A stretch of 64,000 nt of DNA from a virus. Numbering within the stretch: position 1 is the stretch's first letter; every line of letters begins with the position of its first letter. A program made the translations under genes and the position numbers. The notes beneath the pieces were generated by a model, which saw nothing but the letters and a program-made list of their open reading frames with translations, made no database searches and was not told the DNA's origin. The stretch lies in IMG/VR virus record IMGVR_UViG_3300045988_115476; one strand, written 5' to 3'. Of this stretch, positions 19,701 to 29,226 are shown piece by piece.

Positions 19701-21584
19701 GAACCCAAACTCTCCGCTAAACTTGTGCAACTTCAAGTAGAAATAGGGATGAATGTAATTCCCACTATCGTCCTTGATGTCGTTATCCTTTGCGTCAAAG
19801 GCCACATCGGCAATCTCACCGAACAGTTGGCCAAGGCCGTCGCTCTGTATAACGTCGTTACGGATTCCGTTGATTGTAGGCTTTATATCATCAAAAGAGA
19901 CGCTGCCCTGATGGGGCTTGCCTACCTTGTACAAGTTGGCGAATTGATAAAACTCACCGCTTCCATCCGGCTTCTCGTACTTACCATTCTCTGCCAAATA
20001 GAATCTGTTAGCGCCACCACTTTTTCTGTAGATACTCGGCATAAGGTTTTGGGACGGAAAAACAAACTTTCTATCCTTAATTTCCACCTTCGATGCTGTT
20101 TCCTCGCCAGTCAATCCATACGGCACAAAACCGTTGTAGTATTCCATCCCGCATATAGCAGGAACGGCCTTGGATATGTCGGCAAAGATTATCCCGCCAT
20201 CGTCATACCTAAACGACATTCCTTCGGAATAGAACCAAAGTTCCCCGTCACTCTTTTGGCATGAAACGCCTATCGAGCCTTGAATGGATGCGACGATGTT
20301 GAGGTAGCCACCCGTATGATCACCGTCTGACACTTGTTCGCGCTCTTTTACATAATACGAAACAAGATGAACAAACTTGTAGTCGCCAGGAACGGGGCAA
20401 ACAAAATTGTCGTCAAGTGAAACTTTCTCTGTTCTTGTCCCGTCAACAACTATCGAATATGACGATTCGACAATAGCGAAAAGGTTGTCACATTGATGCT
20501 TTTCGTAACGAACTTCACACCGTATTCCAGACAATTTGATGCGAGTGCCGGCATCACAATGTCCGATATGCCACTTTTGGGAAAATTCTTTAAAACACGG
20601 TTGGTAATTGCTCCACACTTCGCTGACATAGACATCAATGGTGTTGTCATACTGGCCATCCTTGATCTTGCAAAAGGTAAAAGTCCTGCCAATCGGGTTG
20701 TCCAGAGCATATAACTTTTCGAGATTAACCGTTACGTCCTCTTTGTCAATATTCGCAGTATTGAATACGGCAAGTCCAAACTCTCCATCATTGGGGTAGT
20801 ATTCCGGTATATTGTCGGAAGAGCCACGGCCCGTGATCATATCAACAATCTTCGTGTTTGCATTCTCACGAGATATGGATAACAATGCGTCATTGCGACC
20901 GTACCTCACAATGTCTTCATCGTTATCCGTCAAATCATGCTGGACTTTACCAACATGGCACACCGTTCCTACCCAATAGTAATCCAACTCAAACTCGGTA
21001 TTGATGAGCTGAATCACATTGGTGATATATTCGTCCTCAAACGATATTTCCTTCACATCGTCCGTACCATATCCGTTATCGACAACAACATAATACCCCC
21101 TATCCCCTTGGGCCTTTTGTGGAAAGTAAAGGCCACAGTAAGCAAGGGCACTATTGATTCTGCTGACAAACTCACGAATAGTACCTCCAAACTGAAATTT
21201 GGTCTGATTGCTAACATAACGGTCTCCTCCATGGGTGTCCTTGTCATAGTCTGACACGACATCAAAGAACAATGTATTGTCAAGAATCTCCCTTCGTGAC
21301 GTAAAGACAATCTCATGCTTGTACATCATGGATTCATTGTCCTTGCTCGAAGAAGGAATGGACGTTACGAAGAATCGCTCGCCAAGAAACTCTACAAATT
21401 CATCATACGTCCAATCATCATCAAGGGGACGCTCATAGTAGATGGTTGCCGTAAGCGTAGGCGCGCCACCCATACGCTTACCACTATAAGTATATGAGCC
21501 GACAATCGCCTCCTCGCCTTTGGCAGGAAAGCTCACGGCATTTCCATCCACAAGCCTTTGAATATGTAACGCGCTCGCCTTCAT
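16731..21584 (-). CDS. tail tip / baseplate-hub-like structural protein (1617 aa)
   Basis: Uninterrupted ORF between the portal and the fibre gene, with a beta-rich repetitive architecture. Confidence 0.6.
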   Translation of the reverse strand: MKASALHIQRLVDGNAVSFPAKGEEAIVGSYTYSGKRMGGAPTLTATIYYERPLDDDWTYDEFVEFLGERFFVTSIPSSSKDNESMMYKHEIVFTSRREILDNTLFFDVVSDYDKDTHGGDRYVSNQTKFQFGGTIREFVSRINSALAYCGLYFPQKAQGDRGYYVVVDNGYGTDDVKEISFEDEYITNVIQLINTEFELDYYWVGTVCHVGKVQHDLTDNDEDIVRYGRNDALLSISRENANTKIVDMITGRGSSDNIPEYYPNDGEFGLAVFNTANIDKEDVTVNLEKLYALDNPIGRTFTFCKIKDGQYDNTIDVYVSEVWSNYQPCFKEFSQKWHIGHCDAGTRIKLSGIRCEVRYEKHQCDNLFAIVESSYSIVVDGTRTEKVSLDDNFVCPVPGDYKFVHLVSYYVKEREQVSDGDHTGGYLNIVASIQGSIGVSCQKSDGELWFYSEGMSFRYDDGGIIFADISKAVPAICGMEYYNGFVPYGLTGEETASKVEIKDRKFVFPSQNLMPSIYRKSGGANRFYLAENGKYEKPDGSGEFYQFANLYKVGKPHQGSVSFDDIKPTINGIRNDVIQSDGLGQLFGEIADVAFDAKDNDIKDDSGNYIHPYFYLKLHKFSGEFGFDLFASALASDTAKINLVDSIGCPACSFEIQTHKSSDGKKFYNPVSTDAIGNLKKIDGKETGDYILSPDEAASDTYNQDSRKHELWIALKKDASTLGIIMPNAANNFKPKKGEKFVITGIKAPYSLVTAAEKRLDDALIKYMFENNEDQFNINVKFSRVFLQENPSFASRLNENSKIKVEYNGKQYELFVSSFTVKAENSVLMEVDVELVKSLEITQSDVKNIVDSVKGEVVRPLANLAGGGSNINMSITDKAYLSKLHDDSTKYRLTVGEFQSNGRATVKGDVIVSDSGTFVSGAEGHGTRLGNDGMCETDIVKLRGYLGTPNFVDGFNGNGFKLWIDDSKLANLTLDRLTVRQTMVIFELLIEKIRSVGGQICVSAANGKIKSVKEYEDNYVIEFEQENTFVAHDLVRCQTFTGKNLKSYWAEVASVTKDGVIIPKSEFTNSLPAVGDECVLMGNTINTKRQNLVLISATEDGNPRIDVVNGVNHKGFDKSLRARLGNLDGINDDWFPASNQPNGDGLYCDNAFLKGTFLLETGEDVKTRFEITDGKIESAVEGVRQDLMPDRGYLSNPSFNEGFDKWGTQNETVFFLVGNKWIYANNNVLSKRGDSAIVVKDMGRTVVHIKNKYICQKNKNLAKKPDMPTNADGTKEAQPVYLAFFYRCATAGKLTVTFEGVDKTGFADFESFNIEQEVGVTDGYQQFTCEGIWNGTGDFKLSFTGEIYLYMLVLSTDKVDSLTYKYRTLFEQSDKLINIAAQNFDKDGNVLADSGIMVKPTGVGIYSQGSDGKFALIGVEVKGEDGKSSIKLFADNIQLEGYATINGNFKIDKEGNMAAKNGRYEGTVVANSGKFIGAIGSPYNNVGAAQTQWPSVDTGMNVMVSDTKRAEAGLVLPAYKEIDGVECDVINATATDTFINIPSNNDPTQCLLYRNTHITSVKLGGNFCRVRLKAFVQPGADGCSWTILNTSDFELATDADLKYIYAKSVLNPSVLN

Positions 21585-21586
21585 TT

Positions 21587-23101
21587 CTATTCGTTAACAG
21601 TTTCCTTAGTCTGAATACGTCTCTCTTCCTTCTCGGGAGCAACCGCCTCGTTGCCCATACGGATTTCCTCGTCGGGAGTTGATACCGTGTTCTTCTCCAC
21701 GCCTGTCTTCGTTGAGATAAGTCCTGCTCCACGAAGCGTGCAAAGCATCTGGTTCCATGCTGCCTCGTCAAACGGTTGCCACGTCTTGAAGGAAGTGCTG
21801 ATACGCATTTCCTTGAAATCTGTTATGGCAGTCGGATTCTCACCAGACGAAACAAGTTGCTTGGCAAGTCCCTCCTTGAAAAGACGGGAATGTTTGCTGA
21901 CGAAGTTCTGCCACTCAATGACAGCATTTGATGCAGTCTCAATATCAAGCGAACGGGTCATTTGAATGGCCAGTCCACTAATGTCTCCACTCGACTTAAC
22001 GTCCTTCGGAAGGATGAATGTACAACCGCACCCAATCTGAATCAAATCAAGAATGGACTGCAAAAACTCTATCATGTTTGCAGGAGAAGGAGGTGCTTTG
22101 AACTCGGCGCTTCCCTTGCCGTCAATGCTGGAATCGTTCAAGATGATTGAGCCGGCTATCTTCTTGGCCGTCTCGTTGAACTTACCCTTGATGTAGAGAA
22201 TACCCCATCCATGACGCTTCTGAATCACGCCAAAGATATTGTACATAATCTCAAACAATTCGATAAGATTCTGCACATTGTTCCATGCTACATCACCACG
22301 CTTCGTAACAAGCGGGCTCTCGGAGAAGCCATGGACCTCCTCGTACTCCAAATTCCAACCCCGTTTTATCTCTTGCGTATCAACGTCTGTAACAAAAGAA
22401 TCCGTGAAATGGTAATGCTTCGTATCGTCGTAAGCATCAATGTGCCGAACATTGTCCTCCGTTCTGTAGTACACACAGTCAAGCAGAGGCTCGCCATTAT
22501 CATCCTTGTGCGTAATGATTTGGTAGCCGTCGGAGTAGGAGAAAAGACGGGACTTCACCTCGTTCTTCTCATTCATATAGATAAGGAGGCCAACGTCGCC
22601 ATTGCTCTGTTGGATCGATACGGCTTTAGTGCCAATTCCGTCCTGGTTGCTATTCTCCCAATGCCATTTGAAGTCGGCAAAGTTTTTCTTCAACTTCTCA
22701 CTTGGGTTGCTGTCGTGAAGTACATGAACACGCTTGTTTCCACCAAGAGAAAGCACGACTTTCTCCAAAATCCGCTTTTGGAACGGGATGCCGATACGCT
22801 GGAACTTAATCTCTTGGTAGCCGCCATCGTCGAGTTTCACGCATATACTCGGGAGGTTGTTGTCAAAAATGACATCATGGCTATACGGGTCAAGCTCCTT
22901 GGCAAACCGCTCCTGGCTGATAATGGTCTTGCTTACATGTGGAAGAATGGCCTCTCTGCGATAGTCCGTTCTTGTGTTCGCGCCGTCGGTAGAATCATTA
23001 ACGGACACTACGGACGTTCCTCTCAAAAACGGCTTCTTCAAAAGCAGCTTCTGAGGGTTGTTCAAAAAGTCGTTAATTATATCTTGTCTCTTCCTACTCA
23101 T
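21587..23101 (-). CDS. portal protein (SPP1 gp6-like, tentative)
   Basis: 504 aa, just downstream of TerL. Has a DISGLAIQMTRSLDIE-type core and an acidic C-terminal tail. Confidence 0.6.
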   Translation of the reverse strand: MSRKRQDIINDFLNNPQKLLLKKPFLRGTSVVSVNDSTDGANTRTDYRREAILPHVSKTIISQERFAKELDPYSHDVIFDNNLPSICVKLDDGGYQEIKFQRIGIPFQKRILEKVVLSLGGNKRVHVLHDSNPSEKLKKNFADFKWHWENSNQDGIGTKAVSIQQSNGDVGLLIYMNEKNEVKSRLFSYSDGYQIITHKDDNGEPLLDCVYYRTEDNVRHIDAYDDTKHYHFTDSFVTDVDTQEIKRGWNLEYEEVHGFSESPLVTKRGDVAWNNVQNLIELFEIMYNIFGVIQKRHGWGILYIKGKFNETAKKIAGSIILNDSSIDGKGSAEFKAPPSPANMIEFLQSILDLIQIGCGCTFILPKDVKSSGDISGLAIQMTRSLDIETASNAVIEWQNFVSKHSRLFKEGLAKQLVSSGENPTAITDFKEMRISTSFKTWQPFDEAAWNQMLCTLRGAGLISTKTGVEKNTVSTPDEEIRMGNEAVAPEKEERRIQTKETVNE

Positions 23102-23672
23102 TGCTATGATCTGTTACTTGTTCGTTATCAAAATCTTCATTGTTCTCCGACGGATCTATGAGGCCGTAATGGGTGCAGCAAGCCTTCTTCGCCGGCCAAT
23201 AGTTGCACTCTCGGTTGGTGTTAGGACAAACAATGTCGTGCTTGCTCGGAACTACGATGATGCGCCTTTGCTTTTGGCTCTCCTCCATCTCAAACTTATC
23301 GTTCAACTTCACGCGAATGTCGGCCTTCATCTTCAAAGCATCCTTGGCCTCCAAGTCTCCAGCGTTGAACGAATCCTCAATCTGCGTGAGCATTTTGAGC
23401 AGCTCGGCCTTGTTCTCCTCTCGCGTAATGGTTTTGTTGGTGACAACTCCGACACCGAAAGGCTCAAGCAAAACGAGTAGCTTCTTGAATCTCGGCGTAT
23501 TGTAGAATCGTTCAGCGTCCTTCTCGCTCTTGTTGTAGGCGAGGCGGTAGGCGAGCGACTTATCCTCAAGCGAATCGCACAGCACGGCAAATGCCACATC
23601 TTTTTCTGAGACAGATTGCCAATCCATGCGTGCGGATTCCAAAATCATTCTTACATCTTCTTTTTTTATCAT
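23094..23672 (-). CDS. hypothetical protein between TerL and portal (192 aa)
   Basis: ORF with stop/start overlap to the portal gene. C-terminal Cys cluster CPNTNRECNYWPAKKACC. Confidence 0.5.
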   Translation of the reverse strand: MIKKEDVRMILESARMDWQSVSEKDVAFAVLCDSLEDKSLAYRLAYNKSEKDAERFYNTPRFKKLLVLLEPFGVGVVTNKTITREENKAELLKMLTQIEDSFNAGDLEAKDALKMKADIRVKLNDKFEMEESQKQRRIIVVPSKHDIVCPNTNRECNYWPAKKACCTHYGLIDPSENNEDFDNEQVTDHSNE

Positions 23673-23684
23673 AAATCAATATCT

Positions 23685-26351
23685 TTAATACCACATTGTT
23701 TCGTCGAAAATGCTCTGCTTACCACGTCGGTCGCTATCCATATCGCTCTCCTCATAAGCGGCCTCAAAGCCTCGTTGAAGTTCCGTGCCATACTCCATAT
23801 CCACACATGGGTACATACGCATGGCGCACGGGTCAACCACATCCATAGAACGCCCTTTGCCAAGGTTGCGATTCATGTCCTTCTTGTTCATCAATCGCTT
23901 CTTTCCCGACTGCATTTTGAAGAACCGTACTACGCTACATTCCTCAAGAAATTCGTTCTGAAACGTAACACGATACTTTAAGTTTTGGTGAGTATATGTT
24001 GAATTTGCCACCACATCGGAGAAGGTCAACTGGCCACGCTTGATCATGTAGCACAGACGCATGTAGCAAATGTCTTTGAGCGTCATTCCCGTAAGAGCGT
24101 ACATGCCTATAGCACGAGAAGCTGAAATGTACGGGATCGCGTCGGGTATGTAGTCGCTGAAATATCGTCCAGCAGTAGCATCATAGATAATGTGGCTCTC
24201 TGATACTCCATTTCGGGCCGCGAACACTTTTGCCTTTTCTGCGTTAAGCCTTGGTGTTGTCTGCATGGCTATCTCTATGTCGAAACCGTGAAATCCATTC
24301 CACGCAATCATTACGGTGTTGTCACTTCCGTAGTCCGCAAGGTCGACTGTAACCCACTTGTCTCCATTGACGGCAGGGTCGTTCAGGAACACATCGCGGG
24401 CAGATTGGCTTGGTATCGGTATGCTTTCTTCCTCATCGGGATCAACATTGAAGTTTCCCTCCATGAGGGCCTGCGCCATCCTTCCACCAGATGCAGCAAC
24501 AGAACCGAGGTAGCCCGCATTGTTCTCAAGCATCTTTTTGTTTGATCCGAGTTTTCCCTGATAGAACACAAAACTCTTGATCATGACCTTATAGTCGAAG
24601 TTTCCACCAATGGCCTTCAACTTTCGGTCAATATCTATCTTACACCGCTCATAGACTTCACGCTTGGAATCACCCCATACGACATCCTTGACGGTAGGCC
24701 CATTGCAATAGAAATAGCGTACCTTGCCTTCACGTTCGGGTATGATGAATCCGTCCGCGCCGATATACCAATCAAGAAAAATGCGTGACCAATGGCTTCT
24801 TTTGGGGTTGAGTGTGGCAAAGAACTTTCCCGTGAATGTTTTGCTTTGGCCGCGGTTTCGCGTCATCACATAAGAAAACACCTCCCATGACATCTCGGTC
24901 AACTCGTCAATGGCAATCATGTCGTACTCCCATCCCTTTGCACGCTCACGCAACTTGTCCATGTTCGAATCGTCAAGGTACGTCAGGTCAACGAACGTTC
25001 CATTTGGAAATGTAACGCGCGGATGCTCGCTCTCCTTAATCCGAATGAAGTCAGTTCCGAATATCTGCTTGAACTTCTCGACAAAGCCACCACCAACCTT
25101 TTGGTTTCCAAGCGAACGACGAGAGATCATTGCACGAAAATCTGGGTCTGTCATAAGAGGCTCTGCCATCGCAAGGACAAGGCCAAAGGAATTGTGGGTA
25201 GTGATATAATCATCCGTGATATACAAATGTTTAGCATCGTCAACCAAGATACATTGGCACTCGTCCCTTCTAACCTTCTTGATAGATATTATTCTTGAAT
25301 GATCATTGCTACGAGCGTAACTTCTTCGTCCATTCCGTTCTTTGTTATATCTGGCTTTATGTTTTTCGCTCGTAAATATAAGATCATCCGTCCGAATAAC
25401 AATGTCGTATGCGACGCCTTTCGTGTATTTGTTGGCCCTTCTATCCTCTCGACAAGAGCACATATAACCAAGGCTTCGGCACAACTCAATGAATGTATCT
25501 TTTAGCTTTTCACTTGTCGTGCTAAAACTGTAGCTATTGTCGTATGGCTCTACGCTCCCATCGGTATCAAACAGACCTGCAAGGAGTTGCTTTCTTTGCT
25601 CAATGCTGGCATGCAGATATTCTTCTGGAATGAACTTGTTGTACGAGTAATCAAGCAATCCTTTTTCTAACAGAAAATCTCTATACTGCTTGTAGTGTGG
25701 AGTAAAGAAACTCTTTGTGTAGCAAGTTTTGTTGATGTATATCTTTGTCGAATCGGTTAGAGAATACACCTTATCTATTATATCCTCTTCACTGTTTGAT
25801 ATTTGAAAGTAATGTCCGTTCTTCCAATTTGTCAAACAGCCATCCCCAAGCATAACTCCCAGTACATAAGGTGGAATCGGTAAATCTTTCTCGCTGAACT
25901 CTATAGCCTTATTGTTCGGAATAAAGTACCTCTTACCTTTTGCAAGACCATCAATCAAATCTTTCGTTTGCAAGGTCGTAGTCCATCCCCATTCTTTGTT
26001 ATGCGCACGATACTTGTGCACCTGTTTTGGGGTTCGTACCGTCCACAGATGCTCAAGGCCACACTCACACTTTCTTCCGTCTAAAGTTTCAAGCTCGTAC
26101 ACATCCTTTATCCCTTGCGGGAACACACTTATCACGGTGGCAACTCCATCAAAGGGAGTCATCACCTTTGAGCCTACTTTCATGTCACCCATAGTTTGCC
26201 ATCCCGATGGTGTCAAAATCTTTGCATTCAAAGGCTGCTGCTTGCCTCCCCCGAGATTTCCGCCACCGAAAACCACGTCAACATTGCTCTGAACAAAGGA
26301 TTTCTGAAAACCCTCCTGCGGCTCAATCGTTATGTCTTTTACACTACTCAT
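23685..26351 (-). CDS. terL: terminase large subunit, interrupted by an intein
   Basis: Walker A is split as GGNLGGGK / SFGLVL. Walker B is YDMIAIDEL, followed by a nuclease-domain-sized C-terminus. Confidence 0.85.
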   Translation of the reverse strand: MSSVKDITIEPQEGFQKSFVQSNVDVVFGGGNLGGGKQQPLNAKILTPSGWQTMGDMKVGSKVMTPFDGVATVISVFPQGIKDVYELETLDGRKCECGLEHLWTVRTPKQVHKYRAHNKEWGWTTTLQTKDLIDGLAKGKRYFIPNNKAIEFSEKDLPIPPYVLGVMLGDGCLTNWKNGHYFQISNSEEDIIDKVYSLTDSTKIYINKTCYTKSFFTPHYKQYRDFLLEKGLLDYSYNKFIPEEYLHASIEQRKQLLAGLFDTDGSVEPYDNSYSFSTTSEKLKDTFIELCRSLGYMCSCREDRRANKYTKGVAYDIVIRTDDLIFTSEKHKARYNKERNGRRSYARSNDHSRIISIKKVRRDECQCILVDDAKHLYITDDYITTHNSFGLVLAMAEPLMTDPDFRAMISRRSLGNQKVGGGFVEKFKQIFGTDFIRIKESEHPRVTFPNGTFVDLTYLDDSNMDKLRERAKGWEYDMIAIDELTEMSWEVFSYVMTRNRGQSKTFTGKFFATLNPKRSHWSRIFLDWYIGADGFIIPEREGKVRYFYCNGPTVKDVVWGDSKREVYERCKIDIDRKLKAIGGNFDYKVMIKSFVFYQGKLGSNKKMLENNAGYLGSVAASGGRMAQALMEGNFNVDPDEEESIPIPSQSARDVFLNDPAVNGDKWVTVDLADYGSDNTVMIAWNGFHGFDIEIAMQTTPRLNAEKAKVFAARNGVSESHIIYDATAGRYFSDYIPDAIPYISASRAIGMYALTGMTLKDICYMRLCYMIKRGQLTFSDVVANSTYTHQNLKYRVTFQNEFLEECSVVRFFKMQSGKKRLMNKKDMNRNLGKGRSMDVVDPCAMRMYPCVDMEYGTELQRGFEAAYEESDMDSDRRGKQSIFDETMWY
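25191..26240 (-). mobile_element. intein (about 350 aa) with a LAGLIDADG homing-endonuclease domain, inserted in the TerL P-loop
   Basis: Two LAGLIDADG motifs (YVLGVMLGDGCL, LLAGLFDTDGSV). C-terminal ...YITTHN followed by +1 Ser. No Cys/Ser/Thr at the N-terminal junction (K|QQPLNAKILTPSGW). Confidence 0.75.
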
Positions 26352-26472
26352 ACTGCAAAAATACGAAGTAACACATTATTACATATATCGAAATAAATAT
26401 TTATTGGTCAGCTGACCAATATAGTTCGCATTTTATTTTTTTACTGTTAGTTATAGCCGTATTTTTGCAGTA
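26351..26472. promoter_or_regulatory. divergent late promoter region with concentric dyad symmetry
   Basis: TACTGCAAAAATACG (26351-26365) is the reverse complement of CGTATTTTTGCAGTA (26458-26472), and each arm carries TATTTTTG. A 20-bp palindrome TATTGGTCAGCTGACCAATA (26402-26421) shares the same centre. Confidence 0.55.
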
Positions 26473-26495
26473 CATTTGTTAAAATACGAGAAAGA

Positions 26496-27164
26496 ATGAA
26501 GTTTACAAAGAAGCAACTTTTAGACACCCTAAAGGGTAAGCTCACCGCAAATGGGAAACACCTTTCCATTAGCGACAAAACCATTACGAGCCTTAGTGAT
26601 TCCCACTACGACTTGTTGGTTAACGAAGAGACGGAACTGGACGACTTCGTGTCGAGGATTCTTCCGCAGTTTGTCACGCTTAATGGCAACTACGAGAAGG
26701 ACAACGCCGACTTCATCAAGTCTTGGCAGAAGGATCACCCTTCGGGCAATGGCGGCAAAGGTGAGGGCAATGGCAATGCCGACGACAATGGTAACGGAAA
26801 CGGAAATGGTAATAGCGGCGGGAGTAGTCCCGAGCTGACTGCATTGCTCGAACGGCTCAATAAGCTGGAGGAGAAAGAAGCCGCCGTTGAGGCCGAAAAG
26901 GTTCTGTCTCAGAAAAGAAGTGAACTTCGTGCCAAGTTGAAGGAGAAGGGTGTGAAGGACGACAAGTGGGCGGAGACGTACTTGAAGAAGCTGACCATCA
27001 CGAATGATTCAGACCTTGACAAGGAGGCCGCAGACGCTTTGGAGTTCTACAACATGGCCCATTCGTCCACCACGCACAACACGCCTGGAGGCAGCGGCGG
27101 TAGCGAGACGAAGACGGACTGGTCCGACGTAATCAACATCATCAACCCTGACGCTGGCAAGTAA
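26496..27164 (+). CDS. scaffolding-like protein
   Basis: First gene of the rightward late operon, with a Gly/Asn-rich linker and coiled coil LERLNKLEEKEAAVEAEK. Confidence 0.4.
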   Translation: MKFTKKQLLDTLKGKLTANGKHLSISDKTITSLSDSHYDLLVNEETELDDFVSRILPQFVTLNGNYEKDNADFIKSWQKDHPSGNGGKGEGNGNADDNGNGNGNGNSGGSSPELTALLERLNKLEEKEAAVEAEKVLSQKRSELRAKLKEKGVKDDKWAETYLKKLTITNDSDLDKEAADALEFYNMAHSSTTHNTPGGSGGSETKTDWSDVINIINPDAGK

Positions 27165-27191
27165 CAGTTTTCACCCTTAATTACAAGAATC

Positions 27192-27956
27192 ATGGCAAAG
27201 AATGATGATTTTTATTTGAATCGCGGCATTGGCGGTTATTTCAGTGGCCGCACCCTCATTCAGGCAAGCGGTAAGATTGGCGGCCATCGGTCTGTCTTCG
27301 TGAATATCGTTGGCAACCGCAAGGACGCGCTCCGTTATCCTACGTTTGGTGGCGTGCTGCTCAATCCGTTCAAGGGCCGTGCGAAAATCAACGCGGGCGA
27401 CCTTGTGGAGTACGACCCCGGCATTGAGGATCCCGAGACGGGCCCTTCTGTGAAGATCATGAAGATTTTCGAGCTCGCCAAGAATGTTGTCGCTACGGAC
27501 AAGACCATCAAGATCGTTCGCAATGGCTACCGCCACATCCCCTTCATTGGAGACAATATCATGGCCGCGCCTTCTACGCTCGACGGCAAGGGTACGGGAA
27601 TCACCGTTGTTGGTGTCACGGAGACAAAGGAAAGTGGCGTGGACGTATGGGAGCTTGCCCTCGGCGCAGAGTTTGGGGCTACGGCGAAAAAGGGAGACAT
27701 TTTGGTCGAGGCCGCAAAGGCAGGTGCAGAAACCACCGCAATGGTGACTAATCCCAATGCCTACGCGGATTCCGACATGGACTTCTTCTACGACCCGAAC
27801 ATCTCTCGTTCGTCCGAGGAGTATGGCGCACAGTATTCCTTCACGCCGGCCTTGGCCAACTCCGACACCATCCTGCACTTGAAGAAGATCAACAAGTTGC
27901 CGCCCGCCGTCCTCGCTCTCAACCAAAGCAAGGTGAAGGGCTGGTTCTATCTTTAA
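27192..27956 (+). CDS. head-associated structural protein (254 aa)
   Basis: Call is by position, between the scaffold and the capsid candidate. Confidence 0.35.
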   Translation: MAKNDDFYLNRGIGGYFSGRTLIQASGKIGGHRSVFVNIVGNRKDALRYPTFGGVLLNPFKGRAKINAGDLVEYDPGIEDPETGPSVKIMKIFELAKNVVATDKTIKIVRNGYRHIPFIGDNIMAAPSTLDGKGTGITVVGVTETKESGVDVWELALGAEFGATAKKGDILVEAAKAGAETTAMVTNPNAYADSDMDFFYDPNISRSSEEYGAQYSFTPALANSDTILHLKKINKLPPAVLALNQSKVKGWFYL

Positions 27957-27998
27957 GTTTCAGTCTCACAAACAGGTAAAAAATTAGTATTTAGGATT

Positions 27999-29177
27999 AT
28001 GCAGCAATTTGATTTTAACAATTCGAGATACGCCAAGCTCTTTTCGAGCAAGGACAACTTGAACTTCCTCAAGACTTTCCTTGATCAGAAGAATCTTCTC
28101 TACACCAACTATGGCTGGTACAGCACGCAGGGCCATCGCGCCTCCATGCCAACGCCTACCGACTATGACGGTGTGGCCACCTATAGCGTGAAGTCAAGGA
28201 AGGCCGAGGCCGCTCCGTTGATGCACCTCCGTGCCCCGCTTGGCGATGCTCCCGAGATGGACAGCGAGGGCATCAGCGTATATTCTGGCTCCATCCCCGA
28301 TTTTATCGGCTACAAGTGGTCGGAGAACGCTCAGCAGCGTGAATACAAAGAGAAGTTGTTCCAGCAGTTCGGCAACGATGCTGACCTCATTGCGGCTTGG
28401 GTTCGTGATGTCGTTCAGGTCGGTAAGAACTCTGCCGAGGCAACGCTCAGCAACCTTACGGCCCAGATCATGACGAAGGCTTCCATGTCTTGGAAGGGCA
28501 AGGGTGAGGGTTTGCAGCAGTTCTTGCAGAAGATTGAACCCTTCCCCGAGGAGAACAAGAAGAAGGCCGGCGTAAAGGCGTGGACTGACCCCGAGTGTAA
28601 GATTATCACTCAGATGCGCAAGATCGAGGACGACTACCGCGATGAGCGCGGCGGCTACGAGGGTGCGCTTGTGTGGAAGATGACCCGCAAGATGTACCGC
28701 GAGACCTTCCTGGAGAATGCCGAGGTCAAGGAGTGGTATCAGAAGTGGTGTGTGGCCAAGCGCATGGCCTATACCGACAGTATGCAGGTGCTCGATGAGG
28801 ACTTCAAGCGCACGCTCTCAGACATGACGGGCCTCTCGCCCATTGAGATTGTTGTCGAGAAGGAGCGCAACAAGACGGTGAACACAGACACCTTCGTGCA
28901 GGGTTGGGAGGACAAGTATGTAGTCTTGTGCCCCGCTGGCGATTCCGTTGAGTTTAAGTGGACACCTATCTACGACCAGGCTTTGCAGCAGAAGTACGGC
29001 GCAAAGAACATCGACGTTTCTTGGGCCTCCATTGCTAACGGCCTTGTCACCGTGGGCAACTATGCCATTGACAACGGCTTGTTCCGTGAGTGGCAGACCA
29101 AGGTAATGATGTCGGCTTGCCCCGTCCTTATCGACTTCATGAACCATGTGATCATCGACACCTCTACGGCAAACTAA
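27999..29177 (+). CDS. major capsid protein candidate (392 aa)
   Basis: Call is by size and position in the head module; no motif verified. Confidence 0.45.
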   Translation: MQQFDFNNSRYAKLFSSKDNLNFLKTFLDQKNLLYTNYGWYSTQGHRASMPTPTDYDGVATYSVKSRKAEAAPLMHLRAPLGDAPEMDSEGISVYSGSIPDFIGYKWSENAQQREYKEKLFQQFGNDADLIAAWVRDVVQVGKNSAEATLSNLTAQIMTKASMSWKGKGEGLQQFLQKIEPFPEENKKKAGVKAWTDPECKIITQMRKIEDDYRDERGGYEGALVWKMTRKMYRETFLENAEVKEWYQKWCVAKRMAYTDSMQVLDEDFKRTLSDMTGLSPIEIVVEKERNKTVNTDTFVQGWEDKYVVLCPAGDSVEFKWTPIYDQALQQKYGAKNIDVSWASIANGLVTVGNYAIDNGLFREWQTKVMMSACPVLIDFMNHVIIDTSTAN

Positions 29178-29226
29178 TCACATGGCACGACAACTGACAC
29201 GCTAACGTATAACTATCCTCACCATC

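Noticed and set aside
27177-27926. A 249-aa minus-strand ORF antisense to the head gene 27192-27956. Similar long antisense ORFs lie at 16021-16734, 22211-23161, 12004-12495, 19725-20264, 38601-39191 and 40390-40956.
   Set aside because: They are shadow ORFs inside well-supported genes on the opposite strand. They have skewed, low-complexity (Arg/Gly/Val/Leu-rich) composition and no recognisable motifs.
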